Source: Octopus sinensis (taxonomy: Eukaryota). From it: 64,000 bases of DNA. The notes below the pieces were generated by a model, which was not told the origin of the DNA, did no database searches, and saw only the letters and a program-made list of their open reading frames with translations. How positions within the stretch are numbered: the first letter of the stretch is position 1; every line of letters begins with the position of its first letter. Where the stretch lies: assembly GCF_006345805.1 (NCBI RefSeq), contig NC_043007.1:20150001-20214000 (forward strand), read 5' to 3'. The translations under genes were made by a program, and so were the position numbers. Below are positions 11,331-63,530 of the stretch, in pieces.

Positions 11331-11736
11331 GGATCTTTTCGGTTTGAACGGCAGTTTTTAAAAATAATTTCCATGTAATTAAACACTTTTAAACTTCGTA
11401 TACTGGTAGAATGTGTTTATAAAACATCTTTTTCTCTTGGCTTTATTGAGAAAATTCTATAGTTTGTAAGATATTTGTTGTTTTTTTTCTTCAATTTCTG
11501 CTATTTCAACCAATCAATGACGTCTGTTGAGGTGAAAACATTCTGTGCCGTATGAATATGTCCCTCGTTTAAGAAACAGATTGGGTTTATTTACATTTCT
11601 GAAAAAAGATACCCTTCCCCCCACCCTAAATCTAAAATAGATTGAAATGCAATAGATCGATACTAGGGTCATAATTATGGGTGACAATTTCATATGACAC
11701 CACTAGAAAAAACTGCCGTTCAAACCGAAAAGATCC
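11331..11736. mobile_element. MITE with perfect 29-bp TIRs, superfamily unassigned
   Basis: GGATCTTTTCGGTTTGAACGGCAGTTTTT and its exact reverse complement at 11708-11736. A related element lies at 4305-4626 with a perfect 24-bp IR at 4305-4328 and 4408-4431. Confidence 0.75.
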
Positions 11737-12257
11737 AAAATTTGGTCAAACTAGAGGGGTTGGACCCGAGCAAAAAAATGCCTGGAAATCCATCAAAGAT
11801 CTATCAGGCAAAAATTCTGGGTCCTCAATTAGAATCAAAGGGGGATCAGCTAAGAAGTGTTTAGAAAATTGGTCAATTCATTTTAAAAACCTTCTTGGCT
11901 CCCACCTACAGAGGCATGGTAGCTATGATTGCTTTAGAAGTGACAGGCTTGCAAAAATGTCCTCAAGAGAAGGCAGAATTCTTTAGACAGTCAGAGGCCA
12001 AATACCAAGTGACTACAGTTGACGATAACAAACAGACTGGACTTGTACAGACAAAAGCTGTTGGTAATTGTTAACATCTCAAGCACTTTGAAGTAAATGG
12101 GCATGGCACTCACAAAACACCATACATGTTCACATGAATATCTGAAAACAGCCTCGGGTCTACATAGTGTGTCTGCTTTGACTTGGTTTCTATGGCTGGA
12201 TTCCCTTCTTAATGCCAACCACTTTACAGCATATACTGGGTACTTTGTTTTAGTTTA

Positions 12258-12650
12258 TCTATATATATAAAGCTGAAGTTGTCTGTGTGTGTGTGGCAGG
12301 TTTGGTAGCCTTCAACTAACACTATCTCCTCTGAGACCCTGCGGCGCAAGTTGACCAAAATTGAGAGTATGATAGAAGAAGGCTTGCTCTTCCTTCCATA
12401 GTAGAAAAAATTCAAATCGGACCATGTTAACACCAAAAATTATTTACATCAAAAAAGTGCTTTTTTCTATGAAAATCCCTATATTTTACGATTTTTTCAC
12501 TGCCGTGTCACCATTTTTCAGTGTATTTCAACCAGAAAAATGTTCACTTAAAGAGAATAACAAGCTACATAATTCAAAATTTTTACTTTTCAAAAATTCC
12601 AATTCTAAAGGGTCAAAATAAACCCGAGCAATGCCAGGCGATACTGCTAG
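12258..12650 (+). mobile_element. Non-autonomous Helitron
   Basis: A|TCTATATATATAAAGCTGAAG...CCCGAGCAATGCCAGGCGATACTGCTAG|T; no TSD. Confidence 0.85.
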
Positions 12651-13405
12651 TAATCCATAAAATTATACAAATTTTTTAAAACTCTACTAGTTTTAAACTA
12701 ACAGTGGTCACTGTAGGACAGCTTGAGCTCATATAATCAAAAGCTACTTGGTGAAAAATGGCTAAAATGGAAAGGTTAAAGTTACGAGAAAAAAGTCTTT
12801 CAAAATAAATTTATCGTTCTTGAAAATAAAAGAGAAAAAATACACAAGACAGATTTCTTTTTTTTCTTAAAAAAAACTTTATTCGTTTCTTTAATGTGAT
12901 GATTGCAGCACTATATTGCCGACACGTTGCAACAATATTATATTGCTAACAAAATGTTTAGCTGAAGAGGATAAGCTTCTGGTTTTTTTTTTTGGTTTTT
13001 TTATTCGAAATTAGTTCAGTCTAAAAATATGATTGTATTTGTTTATTTTTATTCCTAAAGAAATATATTTTATTTACAAATAGTAGCAAGCAGTTTATTA
13101 TTGCTATTCCTATAGATGATAGGCAGCCAAACTAATAATGGCAATATTTGATGGCTTTAGGAGAGCAGCAGTCAAAAATATGTTTTACAATAATATAGAG
13201 TTTAGTCATCAGAATATACATGTTTGATCTGCAACTCGGAGTATGTGAACATGGGGGTGGGGTGGGAAAGAAAGAAAAAAAAAACCCCAACTAAAACTAC
13301 AAGTACTTTAGATCTTGATTTTGAATCATAAATTTTTCAGCTTCTCTCTAATCCTCCAAAATAAAAAAAAAACTTTTTTCAATTGCTTCATGAATAGGTT
13401 AACTA

Positions 13406-13929
13406 CCGTAAATCCTCGAATATAGTCTGCCCTTGAGTATAATACGCAGGAGATTTTTAGGTGGGGGCGTACCTCTGAAAAACCTAAACCTTGTGTATAA
13501 TATGCACCCCTTCTCTAACTTTAGTCATGCGTAATTAAGCCAGCAGCACCTAGTCAAACAAACACTTCCACGCATGCGTAATACAATAATGGTGATGTTC
13601 TTAACTGTTATATGGGAATGTAAATATGTTTGCAAATTGTTTTTGTTACATGTTATTCTGTGTTCTGAATACATTTATTTTAATAAATGTTGCTTACTGC
13701 AAGTTATGGATGATTCTTTTATGACTTCATTGCTTTCAGGCTTAGCTTAAGGTATTTTCGCACCCGACATCACAAAATGCGTCTGAATAAACATTGCCGG
13801 GCAACAAATAGAGACTCGGACATTGCTTAGAAAATATTTTTCATTTTTAACCTCGTATGTAGTACGCACTAGGGATTTTGACCATTAAAATTTGGGGAAA
13901 AAATGCGGATTATACTTGAGGATTTACAG
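13406..13929. mobile_element. pogo/Tigger-like MITE
   Basis: TA|CCGTAAATCCTCGAATATA ... TATACTTGAGGATTTACAG|TA. Confidence 0.8.
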
Positions 13930-14329
13930 TATATGTTGAATGATTTTAAATATATTAAGCCTAACTTAGTTTAGTGTATAAAAATTTAAGGTGTGCTCTG
14001 TACTCTCTTATAGTGAAAATTATATACTGAAATAGAGTGAATTTGAATTTAAAAAAAGAATCTACCAAAATTGATAAAAGACATTCCTTGGAAAGGACCA
14101 TAATGATTTTTAACATTGTCACAAGGCCAGATAGGTTTTAGGGGAATGCTTTGATACATTGGGTCCATCTCAGAACATATCTGATACACATTTTAGTGAC
14201 TCCTGGATGAATAAAAGGCAATGTTTTTGATCCTGGCAGAATTCAAACTCAATGTAAAATAGCACAAGAATTCTAGTCCAGGTATGTGTTTTTATCACTC
14301 TATCACTCTGATAACAATAACCACAATCA

Positions 14330-15245
14330 TTTCTACTGTGGGCAGAAGGCCTGAAAGTTTTGGGGTACGGGGTTTAGTTGATAACATCGACCTCCAGTAC
14401 TCAATTGGCACTTATTTTTAATCAACCCCAAAAAGATGAATGGCAAAGTCAACCTCAGTGGAATTTGAACTCAGAATGTAAAAATGGGCAAAATACTGCT
14501 AAGCATTTTGCCTGGCTTGTTAACGACTCTGCCAGCTTGTTGCTCAGTAGTAATAACGGTTTCTAGTTTAGGCACAGGGCTAGCAATTTTTGAAGGGGGG
14601 GGGTAACCAATTACATCGACTCTGGTATTTGATTATATTGATCCCAAAAGGAGGAAAGGCATAATTGACTTAGCAGGATTTGAACCCCAGAAAGTAAAAG
14701 AGTCATAAAAAAAAAAAAATACTGCAAGGAATTTTTGCCAATGCCTTAACAATTCTGTCAATACACTACTGTAGTAGTAGTAGTAGTTCTTTCTATTATA
14801 GGCACAAGGCCTGAAATTTTGGGGAAAGTGGGTTAATCAATTACATCGACCCCAGTGCTTAACTGATATCTTATCAGCCCTAAATAGATGAAAGGCAAGT
14901 TTGTCCCCGGCAGGATTTGAACCGAGAATGTTAAGCCAGAAGAAAGGCTGCTAAAAGTCCAGTGTGCTAACAATTCTGCCAGGTTGACACATTATTATTA
15001 TTATTATTAATAATAATAATAATAATGGTTTCAAATTTTGGCACAAGGCGTGTAAGTTTGGGGAGGGAGAGGGGCAAGTCGATTACATTGACCCCCCCAA
15101 TGCTCAACTGATACTTATTTTATTGACCCTAAAAGGGATGAAAGGCGAAGTTGACCTCAGTGGAATTTGAACTCAGAATCTAAGAATGAACGAAATGATG
15201 CTAAACATTTTGCCCAGCATGCTAACAATTCTGCCAGCTTGCTAC
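14330..15245 (-). mobile_element. Cluster of diverged SINE A2 copies (family A body, alternative tail, (ATT/AGT)n ends)
   Basis: Four to five repeats of ggcacaaggcctgaaatttt...gaatttgaactcagaa separated by short microsatellites. Related copies at ~443-600, 5735-5877, 9600-9787, 55465-55670 and 63535-63800. Confidence 0.65.
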
Positions 15246-17221
15246 CTTGATAATAATAATAATAATAATTCAACTAGATATTTAGAATATATTTTGTGGA
15301 GACATTTGAATAACTTTTTGATAAGGTGTGTGTGTGTGTATGTATGTGTGTGTGTGTTTGTAGCCTATTGATTTATCCAAAGAGATAATAAACTAGGATC
15401 CAAATAATTAATCCTCACGCTTATCTGTGTTGGAAATTCCATTCCAAATGGTTGAATGTAATGATTGTTCAAGTTCTTTCATAAAAATATTAAAAAGTCA
15501 GAATTATACACAGTATATAAGTTTTGTATATATAAAAAAAAAACGTAAGGCAATATATAGTTTTTTTCCCTTTCACAATGATGTATAATTGAAAAAAAAA
15601 AAAAAGTATTGAAATCTGTATTAATGGGTGTCTGATGGTTTGATCATGTCCTTTAGGGGATATGATTAATGCTACCGAAACCAAATCACTAAAGTCTTCA
15701 ACTTCTTCGAGTTATTCATCTTTCTAAGATTTTTCTTTCTTTTTTTTGCTAATGACTTTTAGAATGCTTTAAACAAAATTCCATGTAAATATTTACAAAA
15801 ATGGTTTAGAATATTGTCAGAAAAGTTTTCTGCTCACAGGTTTGAATGATTCATTAGCAGTTGTTGAAAGGGTTTATATTGAATAGAATAATTAAATATA
15901 ATATAATAGTTTGTAAAAAAAAAAAAAAAAAAGGCAGTTTACATTCAGTTATGACAATTAAGATGGCTAGCAGCCGTAATAACTGCTAGATCATTCATCT
16001 ACATAACACTAATATAAAGTACTTTTTTCAAAAGATTAAGTCGGGTCTGAAAATATTTATAGAATTTATCTACAGGAGTTTAATGCTTTGAGTCTGCAGG
16101 AATCTACAGAAAAAAGATTATTCAAACAAATTTGAAAAAAGAGATTTTGTACATTATAAATGTGTAAGTCTTTTCTAAAATAAGCGTGTGACCACAAGCA
16201 TGGCTGAGTGGTTAAGGAGTTAGTTTCTCAATGATGATGGACGACTCAGGTTCAATCTCAATGTGTGTCATTTTTGGACGAGTGTCTTTTTATCATAGTC
16301 TCGAGTGAACCCAAGCCTTGTAGACAAAACTGGGTAGACGGAAACTGTGTGGAAGCCTACCAAATGAACTTCACCTGTAATAATATAACAGGCCAGCCTG
16401 GCCACACACTCTCACACTAATTCTACCTGAGGATTATGGTAAGGCTACTAGTGTCTGTGGAATACTCGGCCACTCACACTAGAATTTAATAAGTAGTTCA
16501 GCTGATCAAACAACTGGAATATTCCTTGTAGCATCCATACGATGTGCATCTATATATCACTGCACATGTTTGTGTGCATACATAGTTGAGTGTGCATACA
16601 TAAGTTTGTGCGCATTTGTCTGTCCACGCTTTTCTACTTTGCATTTTCTTTCTAAATCAGGGAAATATATAAAGATTCTAGTGGTGTGCAAATTACCAGT
16701 TATAATAAGGCTTCAGAAAGATCTGATGGGGTGCAAGGAATCAGTTATAAAGGTTTTGAAATGTTGGTAGAATATTATTATAAATGGAATGATAGTATGC
16801 TAGTTTATCAGCACAGTTACAATTATGGGAGCAAGAGAAAGAGGGTGCATTTGTGTTTGTGTGTGTGCTTAGTGATGGATGAAAAGTATAAAGTATTGCT
16901 TAGCTGGAATTACAAAGAAAACTTTGTTGTAAATTATATTACGTAGGTTGTGGATTTTACATATGTATATATATATATATATATATATAGATTTCAATAT
17001 AAAAATCTGAAGAAAGATTCTAAAATGTAAAATTTTAGGCTTTAGTCTATTGTAGCTTTTTAATTACTATTTTTGCTTAGAAAAGTTTGTCTGCTTAAAA
17101 AGCAGAGATTATTTTTTCGTCAAAGGCACAAGACAATAGATTGATTTCCAGAAATATTTAAATAGCTTTCATAAAATTGTGATAAAAATTTATCTTGCAT
17201 ATTCAAATAGAAATGTAAATA

Positions 17222-17227
17222 TTTATT
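17222..17227 (-). terminator. Candidate polyadenylation signal for PAK
   Basis: TTTATT on + (AATAAA on -) about 820 nt past the stop codon. The background is AT-rich, so a chance match is possible. Confidence 0.3.
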
Positions 17228-18042
17228 AATGAACGACTATTAAATAGAAAAGGGAATATTATATTCGATCAGTGTTTTTATCGAAAAAATGTGTATGTGG
17301 GCAATTTAAAAGTAATATTCTTTACGTACTCGTTACTCTTGCTTAATGAAGGAAATATGAAATGCAAGGAGTGAAATAAAAAAAAATTATATGTTTTCAT
17401 ATCAATTAGTATAAAAATAATATAAAAAGTCGAGATGGAAACAAAATGTTTCTCAGAATATAAAATTTCATTATAGTTCCAGTTGGCAAATATGTTGGCC
17501 TTTCCAGTTTACACTTCCTTAGATGTAACTATTCACAGTATAGAACCATTTTCTTCCCCACAGAACGCTATGCTCAGAACCATGTATATTTTTAGGAAAA
17601 AGAAGATATACCCAACATTTAAAAACATGGGGATTACATATTTAGAAATCTCTCAAATAATGGAATTAATACTAGGTGTCGTCTCGGACAGTGTTTGAAA
17701 TACATTAATACCGCTTTACTCAAAATAATAGATTTCGTTTTAGTTTGCATCTCTTTTTACTTCTTTGAAAAAAAAAAAAAATTTAAGAAAAATATCGAGC
17801 ATGGTTATTTCGTTTTGTAAATGGTTTCCGACCACGACCTTTACCTGGTTTGTTTTGTTCTCGTCAGAAAACTAGATATGTAAATATGTCAGATGTGGTA
17901 CAAAAATACATTAACTTTGGTTTGCTCATTAAATGTAGCAATCTATAGCTGGTATTCACAACTCAGCAATGAATGCATTCAAACAAGCATTAGAATTTAG
18001 CATTTCTTTTCAGAGGGGAGGTTCTCGCAAAAGCCAAACTAA

Positions 18043-56071
<38,029 letters not shown>

Positions 56072-57445
56072 CTGGACTCTTCTGAAAGAAAAACATTTTC
56101 AAACATATAGCATGTTCCTTAATGTTCAAACAGCACCATTTTTTGTCTTAAAATGACAATTATAATTAAGTATTAATACAGGTAAAGACAAAAGTTTTAT
56201 ATAAGAGATGGTTAAAAATAGATCATGTAATGAAATACCAACCAGGTAATATCCATGACAAAGTAAATTACATTAATTTAATATTAGAATAATTATGATA
56301 ATGCTGTTACAATGACCTCTGCTTCTCTATACTAGCCAACTGTACACCACTCTCATCCACAGCCATTCTGGATACTATCAACAGCTTGGTGATTTTTTTG
56401 TCTGGGTTGTGCACTCATACTTTGCCTCTCCTAACAGTCTCTCTCTCTCTCTCTCTCTCCTGATATTTCCTTCCATACACCAATTTGTATAAGCTGAATA
56501 TCAATTACAAGAATCAAAAAAGGATGCAAAACCAATAGGTATTGTCTATTAGCCTAAATAACAATGCATCACAATCGACAAATGTCATAAATTGCATTAG
56601 AAGGCCAAACTTCATCAAACAGAAAGGCAAAGTGTACTGGAATTTGAATCCAAAATGTAAAAAAATTTAAACAAAATATTTCAAGGCATTTTGCTCTGTA
56701 CTGCAGTTTTTCATCTACATCCCAAAAAATAACTATAAAAAAGTTTTTTTAATTACTATTTTACTATCTAGTTAATCAGAATATTAAGAGTGGACAAATT
56801 TGTTTTTAAAAAATTTGCAAACTATATATGTGTGTGTGTGTGTGTATGTCCGTGTGTCTGTGTCCCTCCAACATCGCTTGACAACCGATGCTGGTGTGTT
56901 TACGTCCCCGTAACTTAGCAATTCGGAAAAAGAGACTGATAGAATAAGTACTAGGCTTCCAAAGAATAAGTCCTGGGGTCGCATTGCTTGACTAAAGGCG
57001 GTACTGCAGCATGGCCACAGTCAAATGACTGAAACAAGTAAAAGAGTAAAACTGAACACAAAAAATTTAACCTGGTCTTGCCTATTTTGTTGTTAAGAGG
57101 CTAGTAACATCCTATCTGTTTAGCATAAAGCCACTTCCCTCTCGGACATTAGCCCCTTAGTTAAAGGGCTTTTTCCTGTTCTTTTCCTGTCTTGCAAGTT
57201 AGTGGCCCAAAGAAGGCACCTAGCAAGCACTGTAAAGAGGTTGCCATTAAGAAGGGCATAGTCATAAAGAATCCATGTCAAACCTGATGTTGGCGCTCAA
57301 TGCGTCCCTGCTGCTTGCAAAATCCTATCAAACCATCCAACCCATATCAGCAAGAAAAACACATGTTAAATGATCATAATGACTTTGCTAGCATAAATTG
57401 AACATTTGGGTTGAGTATAAATCAAAGAAACTGTTTATCAAGCTA

Positions 57446-57828
57446 CTAGCAGTATCGCCCGGCGTTGCTCAGGTTTGTAAGGGAAATAACTATAAAGCAT
57501 TTTTAGAGAGTTATAGCCAAAAAATAGCAAAAAAATGGAAAAAAATTATGGTAAATTTTTGGGGGGGATTTAAAAAGGTGGAGTTGCGTCCCTAGACAGT
57601 TTGTGGTTCGTGTTTCTGATTCTCGACCCCATGTCGAATTTATCGATTTTTTTCAGAACTGGGGGAACTTTTCAAAATTTTCGCTGCGTTAGTTTTGAAT
57701 TATGACATTGGGCTATGTGTGTGTCAAGTTTCATCAGAATCGGTTGAAAGCCGTGGTCAGGGTGAGGGTACAAGCAAACAGACACACAGAAACACGCACA
57801 GACAAACTGCCGTTTATATAGAGAGAGA
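57446..57828 (-). mobile_element. Non-autonomous Helitron, family 3
   Basis: Same termini; 3' part shared with family 2, 5' part different. Confidence 0.75.
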
Positions 57829-60800
57829 TTTAGGCTAATAGTAACCAGACCTGACAGAATTTTTTAGAATTCACACGAAACAAAATACCCTAGGCTCTAT
57901 ATGTGAAATTGAACCTGTATATATATGCTTTAAAATGTTAAAATCTTTTTTTCATGAATAGGTACTGAAATTGGTGTGCAACTAATATACCCAAGTGTCT
58001 TTTATGCCATCGCTGGTCACTTGTATTGTTGTTAAGTATTTAGGAAGAGGCTGAATATTTTAAGGGTTCAGCACTATTGATGGAATAAAAACTCATCTTT
58101 CTTCAGTTAATAATCCCTTATTCTCTAGACACAAGGCCCAAAATTTTGCAGAGGGGGCTAATTGATTAGTGAATTCTTAGAAACCACCATACATACACAC
58201 AAAACAAAAAATCCCTAGGTTCTATATGTGAAATTGAACCTATATATATATGCTTTAAAATGCTAAAATCTTTTTTCATGAGTCGGCACTATTGCTAAAA
58301 TTGGTGTCTTTTATGTCATTACTGGTCACTTGTATTGTTGTTAAGTATTTAGGAAGAGGCTGAATATTTTAAGGGTTCAGTACTATTCTCTACACACAAG
58401 GCCTGAAATTTTGCAGAGGGGGCTAACTGATTGCATCAACCTCAATGAATTTTTAGAAACTGCCATACACACACACACATGAAACAAAAAACAAAACAAA
58501 AAATCCTACTAAATTGAATACATAAGACATATTTAGTCTTTTTCCCCCCTCGAAACTGTACCACAGTGTCATCTTAGAATTCCATGAGGTATTTATTAAG
58601 TATAAACAAGAGAGCATGGATTTTCAGCTACATTGCAGCTGAAGACTAACTAGTACAGGTCAAAACTAGCAAAGTCGTGATTACTGATCTCATGCTCTCA
58701 GAATTTTAAACTAAACATTACTTAACAGCAAGACTAAATATGCTTTCATACCAAATTTAATGCTAGAGGGGTTATTTTAAACAAACGTCTGTTAAAGTGA
58801 AAACTAAGAAATTTTTAAAAAAAGAAAAAGAATTAAAATGGCTGAGGAATTTCAACAACGTGACATCTAATCCTGTTCTGACAGGTCAAAATTTAAAAAA
58901 CATTTTTTTTTTTTATAGCAAAACTTCAAAGATCTGCTATTAAGTTTAAAGTCCAATTTTACCTTTTACAACACTGGAATTCCTGAAATTGGTACCAGTA
59001 ATATACAGAGCTTGTGGAGGTAGATGACTCAGTGGTTAGAGTATTGGACTCATGGTTGTAAGATTGTGGTTTCAATTCCTGGACCAGGCAGTGTGTTGTG
59101 TTCTTGAACAAAACACTTCATTTCATGTGACTCCAGTCCACTCAGCTGGCAAAAAGGAGTGATCCAGTGATAGACTGGCAGCCTGTCCAGGGAGTGGCGG
59201 GATATATATGCCAGTGAAACAAGGAAACTGATCCTATGCTCCTTATGGAGAAATGTGGACTAACCAATACACAGAGTTTGGATAAAATTAATCACTTATT
59301 TCTTCTTAAAAATGCCTTGATGCCTAATGAAGAAGTACTATTAATTGGCATGTGAAGTGGGGGAACTGGTTGAGACATTAGCACAATGGATACAATGCTA
59401 GTCGACATTTCTCTGAGCATTACATTCTAAGTTCAAATCACCAGATTTACTTTGCAGTTTTCATCTTTTGGGGTCAATCGAATAAGTACCAGTTAAGCAG
59501 GGCAGTGGAGTCGAAACCAAAAACTTCAACTCCGACTCCTCTTTATGTAATTAAGTGATTGTGGTCTGCATATCTCATAAAGCATATGCATACGCTTGTA
59601 CTTTGAATAGGCCTTTATGTTATAACTGGTTTATATTCAAGAATAAAGATATTGTGAGTTGGAGTCAGAGTTGAGATAGTTTTAGCAACTCTGACTCCAG
59701 TTACCCCTTAATGATTTTCGACTGACCCCATAACTCTGATCCTGAGTCCACAGCCCTGCAGCTAATGCAATCGATTGCTCCCTCCCTTCATATTTTTAAG
59801 CCTTGTAAGTAGAAAGAATTATTAATTGGTATGTTTGTATTGTTAAGAAGTTTGCTTTGCAACATGGTTCTTGGTCTGATCTCACCTCACAGTACTTTGA
59901 GTAAGTGACTTCCACTATGGTCCCTTGGGTCAAGAGATAGAAACTATTCGGAAACCCTCTGTATTGTCAAAGTAATATTACACTGCAAGTGGATATAAAG
60001 TCAAAACAAAAGAATTTCTAATCTGATCTCTTAAGAGCAATTCAGATTTGTCCAAATTTCAAATTTGTCACACAGACATTGAATTAATATCCCAAAATAA
60101 TTAAGACAAGTGTAGATGAGTTGTTAAGAAGGTTGCTTCCCGGTTCAGTCCCACTGTATGGCACCTTGGGAAAATGTCTTCTATAACCCTATGAGTAGAT
60201 TTGGGAGATGGAAAGTGTGAAAAAAACCTAATGTGTGTGAGTGCTTGTGTTTGGCACCCTCCACTGCCTGACAACTAGTGTTGGTTTGTTTATCTCTCCC
60301 TAACTTAGCAGTTAAGCAAAAGACTTGGATAGAATAAGTAGTAGACTTTATAAAAGAAAGAGTGCTGGGTTGATTCATATAACAAACCCTTCCATGTGGT
60401 GCCCCAGCTTGGCTAAAGTCCACGAAAACAAATAAAGATAGAAGCCACCAAGACTAGAGTTATATTTCACTTCTTTATTATTTATTTGTTAATTGATTAA
60501 CTATTTAACCAATTAACAAATTGTTTGATTAATCATTCAGTCAATTACACAATCAGGCTTGTCTAATTCGTTTTTTTTGTCGTTTGCAACCTCATCAATG
60601 ACATACCCTCTCTCAGGATTTGAACTCAGGGAACAGAAAGCCAGAATGATTACCACGAAACAACCTGATGCTCTTACAGCCGAGTTTAATAACTACACAA
60701 GAAATATTCATAAAGTTAAGAATCTTGGAGATCTTTCAAATTATTTTCTGTCTAAAAAGTTTGAGTCACCAAACCAAATTTGTTGCCAGGCACTCTTGCA

Positions 60801-61720
60801 GTATCTGTTGCAACAGCTTACAAATTGTTCCTCCACAAATAATATCTTAAGTTAGATAAATCTTCCTTCATTTAAAGCAGTCAATATAAATATCTCAAGA
60901 TAAAAATTAAAAATAGAAAATTCTATTTCGATACAATAATTACTTTAGAATGCATTCTGTAAAATAATCATATATATTTGCTTATACTAAGGTAGAAAAC
61001 AAAAGCTGTATTGTAATGTCTGATTATATTACTAAAATAAATCTGCAATATAATAATGAAAAAAAAAGCTTTATTATTTTTTTTACTCTTTTACCTGTTT
61101 CAGTTATCTGACTGTGGCCATGCTGGAGCACCACCTTAATAACTACATATTTTTCTATATAAATCATTACATAACTGGAAAAGGATGTAAATATTTTTCT
61201 ATATTGTTATATAAAACACCTGAATGATCATAAGTATTTAATATCTCACAATACTAATACCAAGAGGAAAGGTATAAATGCAACAACTTTACACTGATAT
61301 TCCAATGACTAAACCTAAGGATTTATACTGAAACTACATTAGTAAAGTAAATACACTGCACAATATTATATTTCATATGGATTGAACCACTCTTTAGACA
61401 AATAAATTGTCATTGATTATGTAATTGTATAGTATATCTTGATCAAATGTATCATTCTTTTGTTTGTTCAGGGATCAGAGTTTTCTTAGACTCAACTACA
61501 ATGGAAAGTAATATAAGAAAGGTGAATAAGGTCAATGCAGTGAACATTTGTCTTACACAGTTACGAATTTGTAGTTGAAAGGAAAATGGAGTGGCAATTA
61601 AAAGTTTTAGGAACATCACCAGAATGTCCTTTACCATGCTGGCATGGGTTGTGTGATTCAGCATAAACTGACTATGTCTGCTTGGTGTGATTTCGACAGC
61701 TGGCGGCTCTTCCCAATACC

Positions 61721-61952
61721 TATTTCTTTATTACCCACAAGGGGCTAAACATAGATGGGACAAACAAGGACAGACATAGGTATTAAGTCGATTCCATCGA
61801 CCCCAGTGCGTAACTGGTACTTAATTTATCGACCCCAAAAGGATGAAAGGCAAAGTCGACCTCAGCAGAATTTGAACTCACAGTGTAACGACAGACGAAA
61901 TACGGCTACACATTTCGCCCGGAGTGCTAACGATTCTGCCAGCTCGCCACCT
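61721..61952 (-). mobile_element. SINE family A monomer inserted in a family F SINE
   Basis: Perfect 16-bp TSD ggctcttcccaatacc at 61705-61720 and 61958-61973. Confidence 0.85.
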
Positions 61953-62441
61953 TATTGGGCTCTTCCCAATACCAACCATTTCTGAGAGTCTACAAGATGT
62001 TTTCTTGCTTTTTTTTTTTTTTTCTTTTGGTGATGCTAGCACTGGTGAAGTCACCAAGTAATCGCAAGACAAAACCTCTCAACTGAATGAGGTACAGTAT
62101 TGAGGGATATGAAAGAATGAGAGAGGGACAGGAGCAGGGGAGACAGTTGAATGCTAGTTTGGTATGCGATCTACATGTCATGAAACTGCTTTGGTATGCG
62201 ATCTACACTATATTGAGATCTACAACAAAGAAAGTTATATATAATAAGAACAAGGAAAACACCAATAAAATTAATAAGCTTCTTTCGAAATTACTTCATT
62301 TAATTTCTTTTTAATAATAAATATATAAAATGTATAAATATTTTAATTATCTATTTTTTACTTTTCTAGCTGATGTTCGTTTGATTCACCCATAAAATTA
62401 GTAAACTCGTTTCAAATCTGCTTCATTTTAATTTTTCTAAA

Positions 62442-62632
62442 TCTCTCTCTATATAAAGCTGAAGTTGTCTGTGTGTGGCAGGTTTGGTAGCCTTCAACTA
62501 ACACTATCTCCTCCGAGACCCTGTGGCACAAGTTGACCAAAATTGAGAGTATGATAGAAGAAGGCTTGCTCTTCATTCCGTAGAAGAAAAAATTCAAATC
62601 AGACCATGTTAACACCAAAAATTATTTACATC
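62442..62632 (+). mobile_element. Helitron 5' fragment
   Basis: A|TC start and body match; 3' end missing. Confidence 0.75.
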
Positions 62633-63342
62633 CAAATGGAATCATATTTGCTCCAATGAAATTAAAATTAGATAACATCTTAATTTCAGCATTGAGTGAA
62701 TGATCAAAATGACATTTCACCATTATAAACCTGATCTGAACAAGTACACCTTGTTTACTGAAGAAACAATTTATATAAAGCAGGAGATGAAAAAATTGAA
62801 AAAAATTGTTTTAATTAATCTTTGCAATTATGAAATTACTGTTATTCCATATAATGAAAATACTGATTACTGCAAGATAAAAAGCCTAACCTACAAACAT
62901 GTGTATTTGTTTATAAACTAGACAGTATTTAGATACTTCCTCTGAGGAGAAAGGTACAAATAATGTTATGGTGCCAGGTTATGTAGGTAATGCATCTGCA
63001 AAAAGAAAACATTTTATCATGAAAACAAGACAAAACAACAAAAACACAGCCACTTGTAGACGTTAATACGCAGATAATTTCCAAGTAGATGATGACTTTT
63101 ATATCAAAATAGATGTCTATAAATACCTACTTTGTAATTTAATCAAATATGTTTATTGCTGTGCCAAAACAACAAATATATATTTGTAAGAATTACATTT
63201 TTATCAGCTGTAGGATAGCAAATTTGGATGTATTATTTTTACCATTATTATTATAGTTATTATTATGGTAGTGGGTTCGCAGAATCATTTGCGTGTTGGA
63301 AAAATTGCTTTGTGATATTTGTTCCCGGTGTTTACATTTCTA

Positions 63343-63530
63343 CTCTTCTCCTCTGGAAGCCATCTACTCGCAATACCAGAGGGCGCACACTCTCCTACCC
63401 TGATGTAATCTCCAGGGATACAGGCATCCAGCAACAGGACCTCCATAATGCTATGATGGACCGTGAAGTCTGGTGTAGCATGGTAAATTCCATTGTCTCG
63501 ACCACGGTCAAACAATGATGATGATGATGT
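63343..63530 (+). mobile_element. 5'-truncated RTE-clade LINE 3' end
   Basis: LLLWKPSTRNTRGRTLSYPDVISRDTGIQQQDLHNAMMDREVWCSMV followed by an (ATG)n tail. Confidence 0.75.

Noticed and set aside
17812-17872. Hammerhead-like CTGACGA...GAAA on the minus strand of the PAK 3' UTR
   Set aside because: Stem I (GTTTT/AAAAC) fits, but the triplet would be UAC rather than NUH, helix III does not pair and stem II needs a bulged G.
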